A stretch of DNA of 64,000 bases from Clostridia bacterium (GTDB lineage Bacteria > Bacillota > Clostridia > JAAYHZ01). Positions 50,892 to 61,639 of the stretch are shown in pieces (within the stretch, counting starts at the first letter, position 1; each line of letters opens with the position of its first letter). Under the pieces are notes generated by a model. The model had not been told where the DNA came from and did not search any database. It worked only from the letters and a program-made list of their open reading frames with translations. The stretch lies in the NCBI GenBank assembly GCA_050950825.1, contig JBMNIH010000002.1, forward strand, positions 128,001-192,000, read 5' to 3'. Position numbers and translations under genes: made by a program.

Positions 50892-51644
50892 AATATAGAA
50901 GTCGAGGAGCATCATAATTGCAAAACCGATTAAAATGGAGTATGTCGCCAAACGTTCATGACCGTGGTTATGGGTTTCCGGAATCATTTCGTCGCTAATG
51001 ACATACAGCATCGTACCTCCCGCAAAGGCCAGTGCAAAAGGCAAAATAACGGAAGTAATGGAAACCGCCCAATAACCGATCATGGTGCCGATGACCTCCG
51101 CTAATCCCGTTAAAGCGGCAATGCCGAAAGCTTTCCGTCTGCTGAGTCCGGCGGTCATTAAGGGCGAAATAATAATCATACCTTCCGGGATGTTTTGCAG
51201 CGCAATCCCCGTGGCAACGGTAATGGCATTGGATATGTCTTCGGATCCGAAGCTAACACCGGCGGCCAATCCTTCCGGAAAGTTGTGGATGCCGATCGCC
51301 AATACAAAAAGCAAGGTTCGGTTTAAAGCTTTTACGTCTCCCGCATGCTTTTCTTTATCCACGCCCACCATGCTGTGCATGTGAGGAATAAAGCGGTCGG
51401 CGGCATTTAGAAAGAACGCTCCCGCCAAAATACCGGCAACAGTCACCCATACTACGTGCTTCCCTCCGGACTCCAACGACGGCTGTATCAATCCGAATAC
51501 CGCGGCTGCCAACATTACACCTGCGGCGAGCCCTAATATACCGTCGTTGTATTTATGAGGAATCTTCTTGAACAGTGTACCGATGACCGCTCCTATGACG
51601 GTAGCACCGCCTACTCCGATAGCCGTAATAATTACCAATGTCAT
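50883..51644 (-). CDS. ZIP family metal transporter (ZupT/GufA-like)
   Basis: AAGVML, IHNFPEG, LQNIPEG, AGGTMLYV..EMIPE. Confidence 0.92.
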   Translation of the reverse strand: MTLVIITAIGVGGATVIGAVIGTLFKKIPHKYNDGILGLAAGVMLAAAVFGLIQPSLESGGKHVVWVTVAGILAGAFFLNAADRFIPHMHSMVGVDKEKHAGDVKALNRTLLFVLAIGIHNFPEGLAAGVSFGSEDISNAITVATGIALQNIPEGMIIISPLMTAGLSRRKAFGIAALTGLAEVIGTMIGYWAVSITSVILPFALAFAGGTMLYVISDEMIPETHNHGHERLATYSILIGFAIMMLLDFYISV

Positions 51645-51699
51645 CGTTTATTCGCTCCCCCTTATTCTATTCATTTTTTTCGGGCAAAAAGCCCGTATT

Positions 51700-52293
51700 T
51701 TACGGTCTTAATATGCCTTGCTCTACCGATTCTTTCGCCTTCTTTAAGACATATTCCCAAAGGGCAGGCATTTCTTCCTTTAGAGGCTCGTTTCTTTTCA
51801 GTACCTTTTCCAAATTGACACCGTCTTTTTTCCAAGTATGACCGTCGGTTTTTCGATTTAACAAAAACGGTTGGAAACGGTCCAAACAAGCGGCGAATTT
51901 CGCTTCTTTTGTCTTCATCTCCTCGAACTCTCTCCACAGTTCCCATAATGTTTTAGCTTGGTCCTCCGGTAAGATGTTGAAAATACGTTCCGCCGCCTTC
52001 CGTTCCCGTTCCGCTTTATCCGTATACCCTTTTTCATCGTAGCAGAATGTATCTCCGGCATCGATTTCAACAATATCATGAACCAACACCATTTTCATCA
52101 CCTTCGAGATGTCCAACTTTTCGCCTTTTGCATATTCGGACAAAAACATGGCCATCACTGCCAAGTGCCAAGAATGTTCGGCATCGTTTTCATTACGGTT
52201 TTCATGTATGACGCGATTTTGCCTGTATATGTTTTTCAATTTATCAATCTCTTCAATAAATTGAATCTGCTTTTCCAATCTTTCGTTGTCCAT
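51700..52293 (-). CDS. HD domain protein (HD_3-type)
   Basis: ENDAEHSWH, LVHDIVEIDAGD, EAKFA..LDR. Confidence 0.88.
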   Translation of the reverse strand: MDNERLEKQIQFIEEIDKLKNIYRQNRVIHENRNENDAEHSWHLAVMAMFLSEYAKGEKLDISKVMKMVLVHDIVEIDAGDTFCYDEKGYTDKAERERKAAERIFNILPEDQAKTLWELWREFEEMKTKEAKFAACLDRFQPFLLNRKTDGHTWKKDGVNLEKVLKRNEPLKEEMPALWEYVLKKAKESVEQGILRP

Positions 52294-52550
52294 TTCATCT
52301 TCTCCTAATCGGGATTTACCGGATCGATACATTATTATTTTATCATTATACTACCATATCCCTTGAAGTCAACAAAAGGAACATAAAAAACCCGGCGTAA
52401 TACCATGGAAAAGCGATATAATGTAATAAGTGAAAAAGAAGGTGAAAAAATTTTGATGTTCGGATAATATGTTAACATTATCTTAATATTTATGAATTAT
52501 AATTACCTATGTTTCATAACTATTTATCAAACAAACGAAAGGAATGAGAT

Positions 52551-54914
52551 ATGCTTCAAGTAATTGACATAACCAAAAGCTACACCACAGGAGATTTTAC
52601 ACAAACCGCACTAAATCAAGTTACGTTAAGCTTTCGAAAAAACGAATTCGTTGCCATCTTGGGTCCCAGCGGATCCGGCAAAACCACCTTCCTGAATGTT
52701 ATCGGAGGTTTGGACCGCTATGATAAAGGGGACTTAATCATAAACGGAAAGTCTACAAAAAAGTTTACCGAATTCCGAATGGGATGCTTATCGAAACAAC
52801 AGCGTAGGTTTTGTATTCCAAAACTACAACCTGATACACCATTTGAACATCGTTGATAATGTGGAATTGGGTATGACGTTAAGCGGCGTGCCTGCGGAAA
52901 CAAGACATAAAAAGGCATTGGAAGTGTTGGAAAAGGTAGGCCTGAAGGAGCACAGAAACAAAAAGCCGAATCAATTATCCGGAGGACAAATGCAAAGAGT
53001 AGCCATTGCCCGTGCCTTGGCGAACAATCCGGATATTATCTTGGCCGATGAACCTACGGGGGCTTTGGATTCCGCGACCAGCAAGCAAATTTTGGATTTG
53101 ATCAAAGAAATCGCTCACGATAAGCTGGTCATCATGGTAACCCATAACGCGGATTTGGCCGAACGATATGCCGACCGTATCATTCGCTTTGAGGACGGAA
53201 AGGTAATAAGCGACAGCAACCCCTATGACCCGAAAGCGGAAGACAGCGGCTATTCTTTGAAAAAAACCGGAATGAGTTTTCCTACCGCATTAAAAATATC
53301 GGGGGTAAAAACATATCCACTAAAAAGTGGAGAACCGCTCTGACCGCGTTTGCAACCAGTATCGGGATTATCGGTATCGCCTTAATATTAAGCCTTTCAA
53401 CCGGCTTTCAAACGAAAATCGACGAATACGAGCAAACGGCATTAGCGGAATTTCCCATATTGATTTCTCAAAGCGCCATGGATATGGATGCGGAAACCAT
53501 GAGAGAACGACGAGGAGAAATACTGGAATCCATGAAAACCGGAAATTACCCGGATGAGCCGAAGGTCTTTCCCTACGATACGAAAGCACACACCATCGTT
53601 CATACCAACGTATTTACCGAGGAATATTTGGAATATATCTATGATATCGATCCTGCCATTTGCAGCGGCATCGGGTATACGCGAATGGTCGGCATGAACC
53701 TTTTGCGTGACGTAAACGGAGTAATCAAACCGGTCTCCATTCCTATCGGCATCAATTCGAACCGGAGCATGAGTGCAACATCCGGAAGCGGCGGTATGGA
53801 TGGCATGGGATTAACCTCGTATCCCGAGAGAATCGGCGAGGATATAGAGCCGTTCCTTGAGAAAAATTACGATTTGCTTGCCGGATCCTATCCGAAAGAG
53901 CCTACGGACGTGGTATTGGTAATCGATGAAAAGAACCGGGTGGACAGCAAAGTGTTGGAAAACTTAGGTTTCGATGTGGCCGGCAAGGAAAGCATTTCCT
54001 TCGATGAAATTGTAGGAACGAAACTCATGCTGATTTCCAACGATCGTTACTATACCGAAACCCCGATCGGAAGCTTTATGCCCGGTACCGATTATGAGGC
54101 TATGTACAACGCGGAAAATTCTCTTCCCTTGACCATAACCGGTATTTTACGATTGAAGCCGGACGAAACAATCGGGCTGTTGGGTTTCGGTATTGTTTAC
54201 AGCGATGATTTGGTCCGTTTGGTTGTCGAAAGAGAAAAGGATTCGAAAATCGTAAAAGCCCAACGGGAAGCGGACCACAATGTCATCACCATGGAAAAAA
54301 TCGAAGAAAGCGCAAAAAGGCGTATTATCACCTATCTCGGCGGTAATGCAGAACCTTCCATGATCTATATATTCCCCCGGGATTTCGATTCGAAGAAAGC
54401 CGTTTTGGAATACTTGGATGCTTACAACATCGGCAAAAGCCAAGACGAAATGATTATTTACACGGATTTGGCGGGGACCATAACGGAAATGACCGAAGGG
54501 ATTATGAACGCCATTACGTTGGTTCTAATCGCATTTGCCGCCATATCGTTGGTGGTATCCTTAATCATGATCGGAATTATCACCTACATTTCCGTATTGG
54601 AAAGAACGAAAGAAATCGGGATACTCCGCGCGGTCGGTGCACGGAAAAAGGATATTACAAGGGTATTTAACGCCGAGACCTTTATCATCGGAGCCTTGTC
54701 GGGCTTGTTGGGAATCGGAATCGCGTATTTATTGAACATTCCGATCAACTCCCTCATTTACAAGCTCACCGATTTGCAGGGCGTTGCGCAACTGCATCCT
54801 TTGCACGCATTTATATTGATTTCTCTCAGCTTGGCTCTTACGCTATTAGGCGGATTCATCCCCGCGAAAATGGCGGCAACCAAGGATCCTGTGGTCGCTT
54901 TAAGAACGGAATAA
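52551..54914 (+). pseudogene. MacB-like fused ABC ATPase/permease broken by two frameshifts
   Basis: Walker A in 52551-52856, LSGGQ/DEPTG in 52843-53343, permease ERTKEIG in 53460-54914; continuity restored by shifts near 52772 and at the G5 run 53301-53305. Confidence 0.8.
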
Positions 54915-54957
54915 AACCCGTACGGAGAAAAACCGTAAAGAAAATGATTTAGACATT

Positions 54958-54987
54958 AAAAAGGGAAGTTTTTTCGCTTCCCTTTTT
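54958..54987. terminator. Bidirectional terminator
   Basis: AAAAAGGGAAG/CTTCCCTTTTT between convergent genes. Confidence 0.75.
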
Positions 54988-55009
54988 CGTTCCGAATTAT
55001 CTTATTATC

Positions 55010-56647
55010 TTAACTTTTAATTTGCTTTTCAACCAGCCTTCCTCCGCAATATTTCTCGCGAAGCTTTGGCTTTTCAATTTTACCCGTGGGATTTCTGGGA
55101 ACCTTGTCGAATATGATCCTTCGAGGTCTTTTGTATCTCGGTAATGCTTGGCAAAAGGCTAAAATATCCTCTTCCGTTGTCGATTCAAAGCCCGGTTTCA
55201 ATTCGATAATGGCGGCGGATATCTCTCCTAAACGCTTGTCCGGCAAACCGATAACCGCAACGTCCTTGATGGCTTCGCATCGGTGTAGAAAATCCTCGAT
55301 TTGAACCGGATAAATGTTTTCTCCCCCGCTGATAATGACGTCTTTTTTGCGGTCTACCAAATAGATGAAACCGTCTTCATCCATCATGGCCATATCGCCC
55401 GTGTATAGCCATCCGTCCTTGAGTACGGCTTTCGTAGCTTCCGGATCTTTGTAGTAGCATTTCATAACTCCGGGGCCTTTTACCGCCAACTCCCCTACTT
55501 CGCCTTGTTTTACGGGCTTTTTGTCATCGCCTACAATTTTGGCTTCCCATCCGTAGCCCGGTATTCCGATAGCACCGACTTTATGAACGTTTTCAACCCC
55601 CAAATGAACGCAACCCGGTCCGATGGACTCGCTTAAACCGTAATTGGTATCGTACTGATGATGAGGGAAATATTTGAACCAGCGGTGAATCAAACTGGGT
55701 GGCACGGGCTGGGCTCCGATATGCATCAAACGCCAACGAGACAAATCATAGTCTTCCGGCTTCACTTCTCCTCGTTCAATGGCATCCAAAATGTCTTGAG
55801 CCCACGGTACCAACAGCCATACGATGGATACTTGCTCTTCCGATACGGCTTTCAGTATCCATTTGGGCTTGGTTCCACGCAGTAAGACCCCTTTTCCGCC
55901 AACCAAAAAACTGCCGAACCAATGCATTTTTGCACCGGTATGATACAGAGGAGGTATGCACAAAAAGCAGTCCTCTTTCGTTTGCCCGTGGTGTTTGTTT
56001 TCGGTTATGGCGGAAGACAATAGGCTACCGTGGGTATGTAGTATTGCCTTCGGGAATCCGGTTGTTCCGGAAGAGAAGTAAATGGCGGCGTCTTCTTCGT
56101 CTTTTATTTCAATATCCGGTGCCGTTGTCGGCATATTCTTTGTAATATCCTCATACCGCTCGGCAAAGCTCGGACAGTTCTCCCCTATGAAGAACTTGTA
56201 TTTCACACGAGGAATATCGTTTTTTATCGATTCCAAGCGATCTATAAATTCCGGTCCGAATACCAGCGCATCGGATTCGGATAGATTTAAGCAATATCGG
56301 ATTTCCTCCGCCGTATAGCGGAAATTCATGGGGACCACGATGGCACCGGTTTTCAAAACTCCGAAGTACGCCGGAAGCCATTCTAAACAGTTCATTAAAA
56401 GAATCGCTACTTTTTTCCCCTTTTCAATACCTCGGGATAATAGCAGGTTGGCAAAGCGATTGGCTTGATCGTCAAATTCCTTCCATGTAATCTCGCGACG
56501 ATATTTCGGTGCTAATCCGGATTGAACCAACTCAAACTCTTTCCAAGACAATCCTTGTTTTTCCTGTTCCTCCGGACTTATTTCAACCAAGCTGATGTCT
56601 TGCCCGTAAAGCTCGGCATTACGAGCGAGTATTTCGGTGATAGGCAT
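55010..56647 (-). CDS. Class I adenylate-forming enzyme (acyl-CoA synthetase)
   Basis: FSSGTTGFPK, YGLSE, YTGD, DRKKD..ISGGEN, TGKI; start MPIT at 56647. Confidence 0.9.
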   Translation of the reverse strand: MPITEILARNAELYGQDISLVEISPEEQEKQGLSWKEFELVQSGLAPKYRREITWKEFDDQANRFANLLLSRGIEKGKKVAILLMNCLEWLPAYFGVLKTGAIVVPMNFRYTAEEIRYCLNLSESDALVFGPEFIDRLESIKNDIPRVKYKFFIGENCPSFAERYEDITKNMPTTAPDIEIKDEEDAAIYFSSGTTGFPKAILHTHGSLLSSAITENKHHGQTKEDCFLCIPPLYHTGAKMHWFGSFLVGGKGVLLRGTKPKWILKAVSEEQVSIVWLLVPWAQDILDAIERGEVKPEDYDLSRWRLMHIGAQPVPPSLIHRWFKYFPHHQYDTNYGLSESIGPGCVHLGVENVHKVGAIGIPGYGWEAKIVGDDKKPVKQGEVGELAVKGPGVMKCYYKDPEATKAVLKDGWLYTGDMAMMDEDGFIYLVDRKKDVIISGGENIYPVQIEDFLHRCEAIKDVAVIGLPDKRLGEISAAIIELKPGFESTTEEDILAFCQALPRYKRPRRIIFDKVPRNPTGKIEKPKLREKYCGGRLVEKQIKS

Positions 56648-56738
56648 CCTCTTTATATCCTCCTCTGAATCCTTGATTGAACGGATCCAACCAAGTTGAC
56701 TTCGTTTAGTCACTTCATTTAATAAAAGTATTCCATTT

Positions 56739-56767
56739 ATTATGGACCGTTCATAAGAGTTTGTCAA
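56739..56767 (-). promoter_or_regulatory. Promoter of the acyl-CoA synthetase with overlapping palindrome
   Basis: TTGACA-17-CATAAT; TTATGGACCGTTCATAA at 56740-56756. Confidence 0.65.
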
Positions 56768-56862
56768 TATTGGATCGGCGAGTTTAAAAAAATGCGCAAC
56801 CGTGAATAAAAAAATCAAGATTTCAGAGAAGCTATATGCCAAGCGTCATGCCGATAAGGCCT

Positions 56863-56900
56863 CCTGACTCTTAATCAGGGTGTCCCGGAGTTCGAGTTCC
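56863..56900 (+). repeat. Partial copy of tRNA-Lys (att-like)
   Basis: 56863-56885 identical to 57177-57199, followed by a degenerate T-arm GTTCGAGT. Confidence 0.8.
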
Positions 56901-57094
56901 TCCCTTACGCAGAATATTTGTCACCTCATGTGGAAGCGGCCGTATTGGACGGCGCTCTGCCTTGGGAAGCGCTTAAGGTTTTACATGAAGGGATGCAAAT
57001 CGTACATGAAAAAAGAATGCGTGAGTTAGAAGAATAATAAAACGGTAACCGAGAAAACCAATCGATTAAACATTCGAAATATCGTAAAAACAGG

Positions 57095-57123
57095 TTGACA
57101 TTTTTCCGAAGCGCGTGTATAAT
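57095..57123 (+). promoter_or_regulatory. Consensus SigA promoter of tRNA-Lys
   Basis: TTGACA-17-TATAAT. Confidence 0.85.
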
Positions 57124-57150
57124 CTCTTTTCGTAACGACGATTGATTTAT

Positions 57151-57226
57151 GCACCATTAGCTCAGTCGGTAGAGCACCTGACTCTTAATCAGGGTGTCCT
57201 GGGTTCGAGTCCCAGATGGTGTACCA
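57151..57226 (+). tRNA. tRNA-Lys (CTT)
   Basis: GCACCATTAGCTCAGTCGGTAGAGCA-CCTGACTCTTAATCAGG-GTTCGAGTCCC..ACCA. Confidence 0.95.
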
Positions 57227-57266
57227 GGAAAGTTTTTGGAGATATTCCAAGAACTTTCCTTTTTTA
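57226..57266 (+). terminator. Terminator after tRNA-Lys
   Basis: AGGAAAGTTTTTGGA..TCCAAGAACTTTCCT followed by T run. Confidence 0.7.
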
Positions 57267-57267
57267 T

Positions 57268-58659
57268 TTACCATCCGTATTTTTCCGGTCCCCATTCTTT
57301 TTTGATCAAGGTTTGGGAAACCGTGACGATGGTCCTGTCAGGTACATCCTCGGTTAATAGGACTCCCGGTCCTACGATGCTGTATACCCCTACCTTCTTC
57401 CCGGGCATTAATATGGCATTTACACCGGTTCTGCAGTAATCTCCGATGTAAACATCGTTTGAAAAATATTTGGGCACTTCCTTTCTTCCTTTGACTCGAT
57501 GTGTCGTATCTCCGTCGTCAAATCGCAGCGTACCGCATACGGTGGCTGCTCCGATGTCCGTATTCGTTCCTACAATGCCGCTGATCTCCATGTAGTGGTA
57601 CAGATAAACCCCGTCCATGATCATACCCGACAATTCCGCACAGTGGCTTACTACACAACGGTCTCCTATGGTCGTATTTCCTTCTACCAAGCAATAGTTA
57701 CCCACATACGAATTCTTCCCAATGATCACATTTCCCGATAGGATAGCCCCGTTTTCAATGACCGAGTCGTCACCTAAAATCACATTTCCATTGATAATTA
57801 CATTCCTTCCGATTTTGCTTCCGCGGCCTAACCGAACCTTTCCCTTGATAGATGCCGTAGGATCGACGGAATCGTTCTTTTCCGAATTATCCTCGATTTG
57901 GTTGCACAGCTTTTCGACCATTATATGATTGGCCAACAGAATATGCCATGGTTTATCGATATCGATAAAGGTTTCTTCCGTTATAGTAGCCGCAACCCGA
58001 TTCCCTCTTTTCATATAATCGGCTACCGAAGCCTCTACAAATCCTTCCGTAGCAGGCATCATACCCACTTGCAAATTGCCCGACTCGCCTGTAAACATCC
58101 CGGGATTGTTCGAAAGATACGGCATGAAGCTTTTGTCAAATGCATATGCCGCAAAAACATAGTATTCGCTGTCATATTCTCCTCTCGGATGGGCGGCAAT
58201 ATGCTCGATGTAATCGTTTTCTACACTGCAGCAGATATGCTCGTTGCATCTTTCATGTTTCAGCATCGAAACCAAGGCCGTCACCGATTCTTTTCCGGAT
58301 TCGTGTTTTTCAATTAACCTTTTTACATCCGTTTTGCTTATCACCGTATCGCCGTAAAGCGTCAAGAAGGTATCGTCTTTGATATATGATTTCGCATCGG
58401 CTATGGAAAAAGCGGCTCCTTTCGGGTTTGCGGTATCCAATACCGTTATCTTTTCATCCGTGAAGAAATAGTTTTTTATTTGCTCGGAATAATTTCCGCC
58501 GATAATGACGATATTATCGAAACCCAATTCCTTCAATATATCCGTGATGTACCCGATAATCGGTTTGTTGGCAATCGGAATCATGACTTTCGGTCTTATT
58601 TGGGCATACGGCCAAATCCTCGTTCCCGGTCCCCCGGCAAGAATAACTGCGCTTTTCAT
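57268..58659 (-). CDS. Sugar-phosphate nucleotidyltransferase with hexapeptide-repeat domain (GlmU-like)
   Basis: LAGGPGTR..PK, YGD, DIDKPW, left-handed beta-helix repeats. Confidence 0.8.
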   Translation of the reverse strand: MKSAVILAGGPGTRIWPYAQIRPKVMIPIANKPIIGYITDILKELGFDNIVIIGGNYSEQIKNYFFTDEKITVLDTANPKGAAFSIADAKSYIKDDTFLTLYGDTVISKTDVKRLIEKHESGKESVTALVSMLKHERCNEHICCSVENDYIEHIAAHPRGEYDSEYYVFAAYAFDKSFMPYLSNNPGMFTGESGNLQVGMMPATEGFVEASVADYMKRGNRVAATITEETFIDIDKPWHILLANHIMVEKLCNQIEDNSEKNDSVDPTASIKGKVRLGRGSKIGRNVIINGNVILGDDSVIENGAILSGNVIIGKNSYVGNYCLVEGNTTIGDRCVVSHCAELSGMIMDGVYLYHYMEISGIVGTNTDIGAATVCGTLRFDDGDTTHRVKGRKEVPKYFSNDVYIGDYCRTGVNAILMPGKKVGVYSIVGPGVLLTEDVPDRTIVTVSQTLIKKEWGPEKYGW

Positions 58660-58921
58660 TCTTCTCTACCCCCGGTTTTTGCTATATCCAAAATTATATT
58701 ATACCTTTCCTCGCCAATCAAGGCGGCATAACACCGGTAAAAATTAGCAATAATTATAAATTCTCATGTTGTTATTTATGAATCATCATAATATAATGGA
58801 TATGAGGGAAACACAGGATCTCGTTTTATCGCGGTTTACAAACGTATTTTTTCTAACGCCATATGCATCCATATACGACATCAAAACACGTAAGCGAAAT
58901 AAACCTAAAGGAGGCCTATCC

Positions 58922-59980
58922 ATGGAAAAAAATATAAAGGTTCTGTCAAAAGAAGAAGGCGGAATGCTTGTTGAATACAACGAAAGAAAGGTTTTGCTTT
59001 TACACGGCTCCCCTTACCAAATGGGCTATGTTCACGGAAAGCTTTTTAAAGATCACGTCAAAGAAGTCGTTAAGACATTTATAAAAGGAGCAAACGAACA
59101 TAAACCCGGCATATTGGAAGAAAGACTGAAGCTGACGGAAGGCTACATACTTGATCGTTACAAGGAAGAAATGAAGGGTCTTGCAAAGGGCGCGGAGCTC
59201 TCCGAGGAAGAGATTCTACTTGCCAATGTATTCCCGGAGGCCTTCCACTGCAGCGGCGTGGCGCTGTTCGGGAATGCAACCGCCGACGGATCCCTTTTAC
59301 ACGGTCGAATCTTGGATTATGCCGTAAAATCGGGACTTCAGGACCATCCCGCTATCATATTGGCGAAGCCCGACGGGTACAACGGCTTCATTAACGTAAC
59401 GGTAGCAGGTCTCATCGGATCCGTTACCGGTATGAACGATAAGCAAATTGCCATAGGAGAAATGGGTTTAAGCCACGATGGCAATTTTGCAGGAGTTCCC
59501 ATGACGCTTCTGGTAAGAAGGGCTTTAGAGGAAGCTCACACTTTGGACGAGGCTTTATCGATTTTTAAAAACAGCGTAAGGACTTGCGGATACTGCTACG
59601 TAATATCCGATGGAAAGATTCCCGATGCGAGAGCATTGACATGTACATATGAAGTCATGGATACGGCAAAGCCCGGTGAAGGTCTACCCGGTTTCCCGGG
59701 ATCCCCGCCAAAGGACGTGGTAATGATATCCAAAGACGAAAGATACGTCGCCCTTCTTAATGCGGTTAACAAATATTACGGGAAAATCGATAAGGATATT
59801 CTTATCGAAATCATGAAGCGTCCCGTTTCCATGGAATCGAACCTTCATAACGCCGTTTTTGAACCGCAAAAATTAAAAATGTGGCTCGCTATTGCCCAAA
59901 ATCCGGATGTGGAAAATTTCCAAGCATGCTACCAACCCTATTATGAATATGATATGAATGAGCTTATGAAGGCGTTTTGA
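58922..59980 (+). CDS. C45 family Ntn-hydrolase/acyltransferase
   Basis: GSPYQMGYVHG, FHCSG autoproteolytic Cys, HGRILDY, GMN. Confidence 0.82.
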   Translation: MEKNIKVLSKEEGGMLVEYNERKVLLLHGSPYQMGYVHGKLFKDHVKEVVKTFIKGANEHKPGILEERLKLTEGYILDRYKEEMKGLAKGAELSEEEILLANVFPEAFHCSGVALFGNATADGSLLHGRILDYAVKSGLQDHPAIILAKPDGYNGFINVTVAGLIGSVTGMNDKQIAIGEMGLSHDGNFAGVPMTLLVRRALEEAHTLDEALSIFKNSVRTCGYCYVISDGKIPDARALTCTYEVMDTAKPGEGLPGFPGSPPKDVVMISKDERYVALLNAVNKYYGKIDKDILIEIMKRPVSMESNLHNAVFEPQKLKMWLAIAQNPDVENFQACYQPYYEYDMNELMKAF

Positions 59981-59983
59981 CAA

Positions 59984-61582
59984 TTAGCGTAAAGTAAGTT
60001 TCGGATAATAATCAATGGAAGAATATAACAAATAGAAAGAGGACCCCGATTGTGATATGATTAAATTTCCTACAAAAAATCACAAAGGAAGGTGTCCTCT
60101 ATGTATAAAAGTATACTACATTTTATTGAAAATGGGTTAGTCGAAATTGAAAAAATGATGGGTGATATTCTGGCAGGTAAAAAAGATGCCGATGATTTGA
60201 CTGCACTCGTTAATAAAGTTACGTCAACGTTAGCGGTCAGCCTTATAGTGGATTTGTACGAGAAAGCTGATAACGATATACGAGAAAGCAGCGTGAGAAA
60301 AAAGTATTGGAATGTCGAGCACAGGAACAAAAAGAAAACCATCGTAGATGTCATGGGTAAGGTTGAATTCTGCCGAACCGGATATTGTGCGAAAGGAACG
60401 GGTGAGTATGTATATCTTTTGGATCAGGTGCTCGGATTTGAACCGCACCAGAAGGTAACGCTAGGCGCAGCTGCGAGAGCCTTGGAAGAAAGTATAGACA
60501 GCAGTTACCGCAAAGGCGGAGAGAATGCAAGCATAAAAGCGGAAGAAGGCATTAGCAAACAAGCCGTGATGGATCTGGTACATGAGATTGAGGCGGACAT
60601 GCCGATGCCGGAACCGGAAGGAAAGAAGAAGATAAAAAGGCTTCATGTCATAGCCGATGAAGATCATGTGGCGGCACAGTTTTGGAATGAAAAGGGCGAT
60701 TTGAAGCGAGATGCGAGGGGCCATAAGATTAATACCCTGATGCCTAAGCTTGTTTGTGTATTCGAGGATATTATCAATGAATCGGGGGAAGCATCCAAGA
60801 ATCCCAGATATAAGCTGATCGGAAAAAAATACTTTTGCGGTATTTACGAGGGTGGCAAAGGCAACGAAAAGCTTTGGATGGAGGTTGCCGAATACATAGA
60901 AAAAACATACGATACGGACTATCTTGAGAGAATATACGTAGTCGGAGACGGAGCTTCGTGGATAAAAAAAGGATGCGAATATTTGGAGAACAGCAAATAT
61001 GTCCTTGATAAATACCATATGATGAAATATATAAACAGGTCAGTGGCGCATCTTTACGATAGCGCGGACGAGGTGAAAGACTGGATTTGGGGAGCCTTGA
61101 ATCGTTTGGACAAAAAGGAATTGAAGAATATCTATGAGCAGATCCTGAAGGTTACGGAAAGTGAAAACAAGAAGCAAGAAGTGGAAGATGCGTTAAGATA
61201 TTTTCTAAATCATTGGCAAGGGATAAAAACCCGAGTGGAAGAAACAAGCGGCTGGACATATTGCATAGAAGGGCAAATAAGCCATGTATTGTCGGCAAGA
61301 ATGAGCAGCAGACCAATGGGATGGAGCGAATTGGGTTGCGACCGCATGGCAAGGCTCAGAGCGTACAAAAGAAACGGCGGTAAGATTCTTGACTTGCTAA
61401 AATATCAAAAACAACGAAAAAAGCAAAAGGAAAGGCGTGAAGCACAAGAAGAATTGATAAGAGATCTGAGAAGAAGACATTCAAAATGGACGTATGCGGA
61501 AGATACCAGACGTCACATACATGGTTTGGAAAGGAGCAGTATGAAGTGGCTAAAGAATATGACCACACTGGCTTGGGACGCG
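59984..61582 (+). mobile_element. ISLre2-family insertion sequence (ends approximate)
   Basis: Transposase flanked by 12-bp direct repeat GCGTTTTGACAA (59972 and 61580). Confidence 0.7.
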
Positions 61583-61588
61583 TTTTGA
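60101..61588 (+). CDS. ISLre2-family (UPF0236-type) transposase
   Basis: ADEDHV, GDGASWI, LDKYH, EGQISHVLSARMSSRPMGWS. Confidence 0.9.
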   Translation: MYKSILHFIENGLVEIEKMMGDILAGKKDADDLTALVNKVTSTLAVSLIVDLYEKADNDIRESSVRKKYWNVEHRNKKKTIVDVMGKVEFCRTGYCAKGTGEYVYLLDQVLGFEPHQKVTLGAAARALEESIDSSYRKGGENASIKAEEGISKQAVMDLVHEIEADMPMPEPEGKKKIKRLHVIADEDHVAAQFWNEKGDLKRDARGHKINTLMPKLVCVFEDIINESGEASKNPRYKLIGKKYFCGIYEGGKGNEKLWMEVAEYIEKTYDTDYLERIYVVGDGASWIKKGCEYLENSKYVLDKYHMMKYINRSVAHLYDSADEVKDWIWGALNRLDKKELKNIYEQILKVTESENKKQEVEDALRYFLNHWQGIKTRVEETSGWTYCIEGQISHVLSARMSSRPMGWSELGCDRMARLRAYKRNGGKILDLLKYQKQRKKQKERREAQEELIRDLRRRHSKWTYAEDTRRHIHGLERSSMKWLKNMTTLAWDAF

Positions 61589-61639
61589 CAAGTTTCCTTT
61601 GCGAATGCCTTATTTCTTATGCTAAAATGATGATTAATG

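Noticed and set aside
57142-57439. ORFs spanning tRNA-Lys
   Set aside because: They overlap a tRNA and the opposite-strand CDS
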